This document shows, in pieces, positions 56,832 through 64,000 of a stretch of DNA of 64,000 nt. Position 1 is the first letter of the stretch. The number at the start of each line of letters is the position of its first letter. Source of the stretch: a virus. Lineage: Duplodnaviria; Caudoviricetes. The notes below the pieces were generated by a model. That model made no database searches. It was not told where the DNA came from and saw only the letters and a program-made list of their open reading frames with translations. Made by a program: the position numbers and the translations under genes. The stretch lies in IMG/VR virus record IMGVR_UViG_3300020411_004054, positions 5,885 to 69,884 of that record; one strand, written 5' to 3'.

Positions 56832-56861
56832 TCTTCGATACTTAGTTACGGAGGTGAAAAA

Positions 56862-57212
56862 GTGAGCAGTTTACGTGGAAGATTAATTGATAGAAACCGT
56901 TTTTCAAAGAGGTACCCATTTGTCAAAGCACCGAAACGGCCGACCTATATGGGCACCTCTGCGCTAGCTATAGAGCTAGGAACTCTACAGTTTAATAACG
57001 AGAGCGAAAAAACATTTACTTTTGAAGCAGCATTTCCGGATGCAAATTATAATGTTGTTGCCATGCCAAGAGAAACTGCTGCAACTTCGGATGGAAGTGC
57101 CATGGTGTCTTTGGCTGTTGATGGCAATACACTAGATAGAAATCAAGTTACTATCAAAGCTAGCGCAAAATTCACAGGACAAGTTGATGTTGTAGCGATA
57201 AGGTTGGACTAG
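56862..57212 (+). CDS. Small beta-rich protein, probably virion-associated
   Basis: GGAGGTG SD; beta-strand pattern; leads the operon with the giant ORF. Confidence 0.7.
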   Translation: MSSLRGRLIDRNRFSKRYPFVKAPKRPTYMGTSALAIELGTLQFNNESEKTFTFEAAFPDANYNVVAMPRETAATSDGSAMVSLAVDGNTLDRNQVTIKASAKFTGQVDVVAIRLD

Positions 57213-57577
57213 TGAGACTAAGAAACTTTATAATAAATACACAAAGAGTACAGCCCGAGGATATCGGAGACGATACTTTTGTTGCGGCATCCGACCCTAA
57301 AGATGGATCACTAGATACTACATTAACACCAAAGCTATTGCCCTCAGGACAACCTGTATTTCAAGGTGCCACACTTGAAGTAGACGGCGGAGATGGCGAT
57401 CACCTACCACTTTTTTATTGTACCTCTGTTTCAGGTTCTCTTGCATACGAAAATGTATGGAACGGTACCGAACTCCAGATGACAGGATCATGCACTGCGC
57501 TTCTAGGAGATTTCGGAGGTAGTTCGGATGTAGCTTTTCAGATTGTGATGGTGGCTGAGGCTACATTTACAGGATAG
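57212..57577 (+). CDS. Hypothetical protein, probably virion-associated
   Basis: TAGTG coupling. Confidence 0.7.
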   Translation: MRLRNFIINTQRVQPEDIGDDTFVAASDPKDGSLDTTLTPKLLPSGQPVFQGATLEVDGGDGDHLPLFYCTSVSGSLAYENVWNGTELQMTGSCTALLGDFGGSSDVAFQIVMVAEATFTG

Positions 57578-57591
57578 TTTAGAGGAACGCG

Positions 57592-60500
57592 ATGAGCATA
57601 AGAGATTTTCAAACCAGACAAATAAGAGCTTCGAAGCTAATTGCTTCTAGAAGTGATAGCGGGCAGCCATCCCTACTAATTTATAGCGCTAGTAATACAG
57701 GCGGTAGTTTTGCGGGTGGTTTGGCAAACGACGTTCTGACGAATGTAGGATCTGACGTTTTTATTTTTATCTCAGGGTCAAAAACAGATCCTACTGGCCT
57801 TTCTGGTGTTAGAAGTGGCCCTAGAGACAATGTTACTCTATTTGGTGGAGATGTTGTAGTATCAGGAACGCTCTTTGCTGAGCACTCTGTTATAGAGGTT
57901 GATGGCAACATTACCGGCTCTATGTTTGTTTCGGGTGCGCTTTTTGTATCTCGAAGCTTAAATGCATATGGTACCAGCCACAGTATCGGACCTGGCGGAG
58001 TTCGGCATCCTGCACAGAACGTCACAGCATCTATAAAAGCCGGGCAGAACAAAGATGTTTTACTTCAATTTATAGAAGTCCAGAACTACGCCGGCGCTGA
58101 TACTCATTTCGAAGACAGCAATGTATGGGGTTTTAGATTTCGTTATGATGGCACCGACAACGAGTTTTTCCTAGAGTCGACTAACCCCAGTAATCCGCAG
58201 ATTCCAAAGTTAAGAATCGATAGAGACGATCCTAAATTTTATATAGGGTCTGGGGCTAATTCTTCAGCTGCTTCTCCGGATGAGTGGGGTTATACTGATA
58301 CAAGCTTTTTTGTTTCAGGTGCAGTAGGATCTAGAGGCACTAGTACGAAAGGCACTGCGGTGTTTGGCGGTGATCTAGTAGCTTCAGGTAATCTATTGGT
58401 TTCAGGTACAAGCCTTTTTGAATCAGGCTTAGAAGTCGCTGGTGATATTAGTGTCGATGAAAAAGTTATTCATCGAGGCGACACAAACACTTACATAAAA
58501 TTTACCCCTGACACAATTTCGCTCGTCGCTAAAGACAATACTTTTCTAACTGGGGGTATGGACCCAGCTGGAACCACATGTGATATATCTATAGGTGATA
58601 TTGATAACGCCGGGAGCGGCCCTATATTCACAATTGACGGTGACACAGGGACTTTTAGATTTACACACTATGACGGCGAAGAATCTGGCCCTGGGCTCGA
58701 GCTAGTTACAAATAAGCACACTAGGCATTATTTTGGAACCGGCTCAGGAGCTATTTCAGCAGCAGGTGATGATGTTAATTTTTATGTCTCCGGAACAGTA
58801 TCTTCTAGAGGTACGTCAACAGCAGGAACTGCTGTTTTCTTAGGAGATACAGTTATATCCGGAGGTCTTGTTGTAGGAAATAGCACGTATCCTTTCACAT
58901 CAAATCCGACTATTTTGATGGACGGCACTGCCGGATACTCTAGAATAGCGACAAAAGATAATACCGACACATACATTCAGTTTAACGACAGCGATGTGGC
59001 CGGCAATGGCAAACATGCTGGTGAAATATCATTTGCAAATGATGGAGTTGCCACAGCTTACTTTACTCGAGGCTATGCGCATTTTAATCCAGCAAACCAG
59101 CCAAAAGACTTTCGCATAGATGGTGACACTAGAGATAATGTATTCGTAGTTAGTGCTAGTAAAGATCAAGTATTAATACTGTCCGGAGGTGGTGCTACAT
59201 CATATGATGAATCATCAGGAAATGATGTAGCATTTTATGTATCTGGTGCTATTAACTCTCGTGGAACTAGTGACAGAGGAACTACAGTTTTTGGTGGAGA
59301 TACAGCTACTAGTGGATCGATATACGCAATTGGTGGTGGTACCGACAAAGGCTTTATAAGGCTTTATAATAATGTGCATTTTCCGACAGTAGAATTGTCT
59401 GGATCTTCTAGTCAAATGCCTCGTGTTAACTTTAGCATCGCTGGAGGGACAGCTGCTGAAGAGTCTGCCCAAGCGACAATTATGTATACATCTTCATCGT
59501 CCGGTGGAGGTCTTTGGAATTTCTTAAATGATGGAGGAAGCAGTCAATATTCAATTGTTGATAGAGATCGATGGCAAAGTCCAACCAGATTAAAGAACGT
59601 ATTAATTTATTCTGCATCTACAGTCTCAGAAGGACAAAGTTCTATCTTATTTTTGTCTTCTTCATCGGCATCTGGTGCAACCTCTCCAGACCCGGGAACA
59701 TTTCAAGATACAAACTTCTGGGTTTCTGGGTCTATAGGCAATAAAAATAGTACTTCTCACAGAGGGACTGCTGTTTTTGGTGGAGATGTTCATATTTCCG
59801 GAAACTTAACTACTGAGGGTTCATCTCCGTCCGGAGGTGGAGGTTCAGGAGCTTCAGTAGTTGGTTGGGCAACAGGGTCTGCCGGATTTTTGCCTGGCGG
59901 TGGTATGGGACCTGCTGGACACATATCAACAACAGGTTCGTTGAGCGTTACAGGTACACTACGTGTCGTGTCCGGCATCCATGTTAACAACAATGCATCT
60001 ACTTCCGTATCAAAATTTGGAGTGAACGGTCAGTATCCTTTTGTAACAATTGGAGACAATGCTGAAGGAAAGGTTACAATTGGCCCACACGAAGCAACAG
60101 ATACAACTTCTATTCTTTCAATCTGGGGTAATGACAACAATCCTGGGCCAGGGATTGATATCAGACAGTTCGGCGCCGGAGGTTTTTCATCTAAGGGTCC
60201 GGACATTTTGTTATACAAGGGCCGAGGATCTTACGGAGCTGCTCAAGCAGCCGCTCAGGATGGCGATCGAGTAGCAAACTTCTTCTTCGTAGGGTATGAC
60301 ACAGCAACTACTACAGAGACAGGTGCAAAAATTGAAGTAGAAATTAGTGGAACTGTAGGTGAAGAGCAAATGCCTATGGAAATGAGGTTTCTGACCCGCG
60401 GCCCGGCTTCCACTGATGTTGCTGAACAAAAACTTATCATCAAACCCCATCGACAAATTTTAATTCTTTCAGGGGGGGCATCTGGTTCTGCTGATGAAGC

Positions 60501-63500
60501 TTCAGGTGTTGATGTAGCATTTTATGTATCTGGAGCTATTGGTTCTAGAGTTACTGCTAATAGGGGAGCTAGTTTATTTGGTGGAGACTTAATTGTTTCC
60601 GGTGGCCTCTATGTGAGTGGATCAACATCCGAAGCTGCTCCTGTTTACATTGGTGCTTCCGGGGATGATGGCACAACTAATCCGATGATTGAGCTTCGGT
60701 CGGACAAAATATCAGCCTCTAGTACAGACAGAGCTATACAGTTTTCTGCAAATAAAGGTGTTATTCATACAGACGCAGGCTATGATCTTGTTACAGCACA
60801 ATCAACCGGTGGAGTTTCAACTTATGTAGGTGGAAGAGGATATGATATTCAAGTTGCCGGTACTGTTACAACAAACCCATCTTTCTATGTTGCTGTTGAT
60901 GCGTCTACAAATGCTCAGTCCATTTGGTTGACATCCGATGATGGTGGTATACGTCTGACAGCCGGCGGTGCTAACAGTTACGGTAAAGTTCTTATTGAAG
61001 CCGACACAGCGACTGACGCTGACTCTATAGAATTAAAATCTGCCGCCGGCGGTATTTTACTTGATCTAAATGCTTCTAGTGGTAAGAAATTCCATGTGGA
61101 TGTAGAGTCAACAGACACAGACTCTATACATCTAGATACAGCGGGTGGCATAGATCTAGACGCAGTCGGGTCGGTATTTATAAGCGGTTCCCAAGTATTG
61201 ATCTTATCCGGAGCCAATTCTGGTGCAACTAGTGCTAACGAAGCGACTTTTACTGATACTAACTTCTTTGTTTCAGGATCAATTAACTCCAAAAACTCAG
61301 GAAGAAAAGGCACTGCATTATTTGGTGGCGACGTCGTAATTTCCGGAAATCTTTATGGAGGTGATGAACTAGTTATTGGCTCTGATGTTCACATGTATGC
61401 TTCTAATGGTAGCACACAGTATTTAAATTTTGGTGCATCAGACGGTACATCTGGTTATGGTGTTAGATCCAATGCCGGGACGATGGAGTTTAAATCTAGT
61501 GGCGGTGCTTGGGCAGCTATGGGCTCAGGCGGCGGCGGCGGCGGAGGTGATGGAATCACAGTTCTCTCCGGGTCAGTTTCAACTGGAAGTGTTACAACGC
61601 TAAATCTAGACTTGCTAGGATCAGTTATGGATCTTGGGGGTGGAACTGCGGCTATTACCGGGACAATCGGCGCGTCGAATATGGGAACCTATGAGGCAGG
61701 ACTATTTTCATCATTTGATACAACAACACCGATCGGTTTTGCTATTAATAAGATAAACGAAGTCTTAAAGTATCTTTCACCTAATCCTGCACCAGACTTA
61801 GATGACCTAGGTACTGGAAACAAAGGGATTAATGCCAAGCTAGCCATAGGTTCCTCACCCGGAATGACAGCAGTTTCAGCATTGGGAGATCTCTCAGCTG
61901 TTGCCGATAACAGCCTATATCAGATTACTACCGGCAGCTCTAATATAAGACAAGGCATCTTTAATGCAACAACAACCTTTGAAGGTGATTTAAATTCTGA
62001 TGTTCATGAGAATTCATATGCAAATGGAATTATAAACTATTCAGGAAGTACTTTTGGAAATGCAAATTATGGAACCTTGAGGTTGACAGTTAACGGTACC
62101 GTAGTGCAATCTGTGGACTTAACAGATTCATCAGTAGGTTCCGGTAATCCAGGTGCCGGGACAGGCACACAGGTCGATGCCCATGGTAGTGGTTTTGTTT
62201 ATCTATCTCAGACCGGAAGTGCATATCAGGCAAATGGTGAAGCATTTGGCCTGTTCCAAAACAGAACAGGTAAGTTTAGAGTAGCTTCAGGAACACAACA
62301 CAATGGGTGGAACTATGCGGTCGTAACGCATCAAGTAGGAGCTACCACAACAACTACAAATTATGTTGAATGGCTAGTAGACCCTTCCGGAAGTCATAAT
62401 ATTGCAGTGGCAAATGCTAGAGTGCCCACAGATGAGACAGGAATTACACTAGGTGGATCATTTTATGAGTCAGGTATTCTTTATGCCACCGGGGCGCGTG
62501 GTGACTACAATGCTGACATTCAAAATTATTACGATCATGTCTTTACAAATGAAACGATATCTTTCGGCACAACAAATTGTGCAATTGATTCACAAACAGT
62601 TCCCAATACAGATGGCAGTGGAAATAGCTACTTGAACATTATTCCTGTCACAGGAACTTTTGAAACAGATACTTCTATGACGCCAGGAGATACAATTGGC
62701 GTAAATTTATCTGTTGCACATATCTTTAAGTCAAATGTAACTAGCGCTGGTGGGGTTACATCTAGTCCATTCTTAATATACAGCACTAGTTTTGATGGCA
62801 CCGGAACTTATGAAGGATTCAACTTAGAGTTCTTAAGGGTAAATAGTGGTGCTTACAATGCTATGTCTGACGTTCCGTCAGATCCTTTCTCGGCACATCC
62901 AAACAAATGGGATGTTACAGCAAGTCTAGTCGATGCCGGTTCTTCTCACAAAGGATTACAATTCTTTGAAGGAAAACTTAAATCGCCTAAGAACACTTTA
63001 ACAGCACTTACTACACCAGGCGACTTTAGATCTGTCAACAATGGCGGCGGAAACTTTGGTGATGGGTACTCTTATGATGGAAATCCAAACTATAGCACAG
63101 TTGCTTCTACAGACGTACTCCATCTATTTAGACCTTTTATGAACTCAACTGCCACAACTGTAAGAGACTTTTCAGTGGCAATTAGAGGATCATCTACAAC
63201 AATAGTTCCTTTAGGGACATCATTAGATTCTGGAAAAATTAGAGTTCATGCAAAAATTCCTGGAAAAACAGGGTTCCTAGATCTAGGCACAGCTTTTTCA
63301 TACAATACAGCATCTGATGGCTCTGGAGGAAGAATAGGTTCACTAGACCCCACAGTTGATGCTTCTGGCGCTACAAATTACTTTTCTTTTGGTACAGGTT
63401 CTATCGAGGCCGGAGATCGGGTTGTTCTTAAGGTAGAGGCTCGAGGAGACTGGGCCGGTGATTTAAATGATATCACAGTAACATTCCCAGCAGTGGGTGT

Positions 63501-64000
63501 AACTGCCGTACCTGAAGCTCCTAATGTTGATGACTTAGCATGCAGCAATACAGGCCAAAATGGCAAACTTAGTTTTGGTGCATCTAACGCATTAGGAGGC
63601 TATACTTCAGTTGCAGGTGGCCTCCCAGCAGGGACACTTTCTAATGTTGACTGGAACGGCAGTTATCAGGTAAATTCCGTCGGGGCCGGTGTAGACGAAA
63701 GAAGAGGAATTTTTAATGGAAGCACTGATATCGGTGGAATTGTTAACGACTCTACAACAGCTAATGGTAATGCATATTCAGCAAACTCTTTTGGAAATGC
63801 AATAACAGGCACGTTGGTTCTAGAATGCAACGGTGCTAATATGGTGTCTGTACCTCTCCACGACTTTGGTTTAGGTAACGGTGGCGATGTTAATAGAGTA
63901 AATGCCGACGGTTCAGGATTTGTAAACATCAGTCAGGCGACAGTCGGTCAAAACGGCTCAAGCTTGCCAGACTATAGAAGATGGTATAGAACTGCAAACT
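57592..64000 (+). CDS. Giant G/S/T-rich repeat protein (tail fibre or virion adhesin-like), 3'-partial, more than 2130 aa
   Basis: GAGGA SD, ATG at 57592; every stretch read in this frame, up to the window end, was open; absent from the ORF track, probably because it lacks a stop in the window. Confidence 0.85.
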   Translation, partial: MSIRDFQTRQIRASKLIASRSDSGQPSLLIYSASNTGGSFAGGLANDVLTNVGSDVFIFISGSKTDPTGLSGVRSGPRDNVTLFGGDVVVSGTLFAEHSVIEVDGNITGSMFVSGALFVSRSLNAYGTSHSIGPGGVRHPAQNVTASIKAGQNKDVLLQFIEVQNYAGADTHFEDSNVWGFRFRYDGTDNEFFLESTNPSNPQIPKLRIDRDDPKFYIGSGANSSAASPDEWGYTDTSFFVSGAVGSRGTSTKGTAVFGGDLVASGNLLVSGTSLFESGLEVAGDISVDEKVIHRGDTNTYIKFTPDTISLVAKDNTFLTGGMDPAGTTCDISIGDIDNAGSGPIFTIDGDTGTFRFTHYDGEESGPGLELVTNKHTRHYFGTGSGAISAAGDDVNFYVSGTVSSRGTSTAGTAVFLGDTVISGGLVVGNSTYPFTSNPTILMDGTAGYSRIATKDNTDTYIQFNDSDVAGNGKHAGEISFANDGVATAYFTRGYAHFNPANQPKDFRIDGDTRDNVFVVSASKDQVLILSGGGATSYDESSGNDVAFYVSGAINSRGTSDRGTTVFGGDTATSGSIYAIGGGTDKGFIRLYNNVHFPTVELSGSSSQMPRVNFSIAGGTAAEESAQATIMYTSSSSGGGLWNFLNDGGSSQYSIVDRDRWQSPTRLKNVLIYSASTVSEGQSSILFLSSSSASGATSPDPGTFQDTNFWVSGSIGNKNSTSHRGTAVFGGDVHISGNLTTEGSSPSGGGGSGASVVGWATGSAGFLPGGGMGPAGHISTTGSLSVTGTLRVVSGIHVNNNASTSVSKFGVNGQYPFVTIGDNAEGKVTIGPHEATDTTSILSIWGNDNNPGPGIDIRQFGAGGFSSKGPDILLYKGRGSYGAAQAAAQDGDRVANFFFVGYDTATTTETGAKIEVEISGTVGEEQMPMEMRFLTRGPASTDVAEQKLIIKPHRQILILSGGASGSADEASGVDVAFYVSGAIGSRVTANRGASLFGGDLIVSGGLYVSGSTSEAAPVYIGASGDDGTTNPMIELRSDKISASSTDRAIQFSANKGVIHTDAGYDLVTAQSTGGVSTYVGGRGYDIQVAGTVTTNPSFYVAVDASTNAQSIWLTSDDGGIRLTAGGANSYGKVLIEADTATDADSIELKSAAGGILLDLNASSGKKFHVDVESTDTDSIHLDTAGGIDLDAVGSVFISGSQVLILSGANSGATSANEATFTDTNFFVSGSINSKNSGRKGTALFGGDVVISGNLYGGDELVIGSDVHMYASNGSTQYLNFGASDGTSGYGVRSNAGTMEFKSSGGAWAAMGSGGGGGGGDGITVLSGSVSTGSVTTLNLDLLGSVMDLGGGTAAITGTIGASNMGTYEAGLFSSFDTTTPIGFAINKINEVLKYLSPNPAPDLDDLGTGNKGINAKLAIGSSPGMTAVSALGDLSAVADNSLYQITTGSSNIRQGIFNATTTFEGDLNSDVHENSYANGIINYSGSTFGNANYGTLRLTVNGTVVQSVDLTDSSVGSGNPGAGTGTQVDAHGSGFVYLSQTGSAYQANGEAFGLFQNRTGKFRVASGTQHNGWNYAVVTHQVGATTTTTNYVEWLVDPSGSHNIAVANARVPTDETGITLGGSFYESGILYATGARGDYNADIQNYYDHVFTNETISFGTTNCAIDSQTVPNTDGSGNSYLNIIPVTGTFETDTSMTPGDTIGVNLSVAHIFKSNVTSAGGVTSSPFLIYSTSFDGTGTYEGFNLEFLRVNSGAYNAMSDVPSDPFSAHPNKWDVTASLVDAGSSHKGLQFFEGKLKSPKNTLTALTTPGDFRSVNNGGGNFGDGYSYDGNPNYSTVASTDVLHLFRPFMNSTATTVRDFSVAIRGSSTTIVPLGTSLDSGKIRVHAKIPGKTGFLDLGTAFSYNTASDGSGGRIGSLDPTVDASGATNYFSFGTGSIEAGDRVVLKVEARGDWAGDLNDITVTFPAVGVTAVPEAPNVDDLACSNTGQNGKLSFGASNALGGYTSVAGGLPAGTLSNVDWNGSYQVNSVGAGVDERRGIFNGSTDIGGIVNDSTTANGNAYSANSFGNAITGTLVLECNGANMVSVPLHDFGLGNGGDVNRVNADGSGFVNISQATVGQNGSSLPDYRRWYRTAN
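57751..61347 (+). repeat. Seven copies of the D[VT]xF[YFW]VSG...G[TA]x[VL]FGGDxxxSG protein repeat
   Basis: Copies near 57751, 58297, 58771, 59224, 59707, 60511 and 61255. Confidence 0.85.

Noticed and set aside
57681-63929. Multiple minus-strand ORFs of 60-120 aa
   Set aside because: Shadows of the single giant plus-strand ORF starting at 57592.

Overview
This window looks like part of a very large dsDNA (jumbo/huge) bacteriophage genome read in standard code 11. It has dense small ORFs, four tRNAs, a tmRNA, no rRNA or ribosomal-protein genes, and a giant repeat-rich structural ORF (57592 to beyond the window end) that the ORF track misses. Recognisable genes: Hsp20, Lon, a PD-(D/E)XK nuclease, QueF-like, SAH hydrolase (AhcY), a zeta-like kinase, a PilX-like pilin, a J-domain protein, a 2OG-Fe(II) oxygenase, a MoxR-type AAA+, a RadA/Sms-like ATPase, a HAD enzyme, a trypsin-like protease, ClpP, a DinG-like helicase, NUDIX, YeaH-SpoVR-PrkA, a degenerate GroEL, Hc1-like, a tubulin/FtsZ-family GTPase, a sigma-region-4 HTH and PIN-PhoH. 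Four things stand out. (1) About 26 ORFs, mostly in two arrays (13.4-20.7 kb and 34.8-42.3 kb), share an MKITKRQLRRIIKEE-type leader followed by an [I/L]-x-E site and carry unrelated payloads. My best interpretation is a capsid-targeted, protease-matured cargo system. (2) About 19 small MKVGDLV SH3/KOW-like proteins are chained through a recurring 14-nt start/stop overlap. (3) Two unannotated structured RNAs lie next to tRNAs, and one pairs with the whole 5' acceptor strand of tRNA-Arg. (4) GTGCAA-N17-TATAAT promoters drive genes with GC-rich codon use, which hints at a GC-rich, possibly myxobacterial, host. All annotations come from motif reading only; no database searches or folding programs were run.
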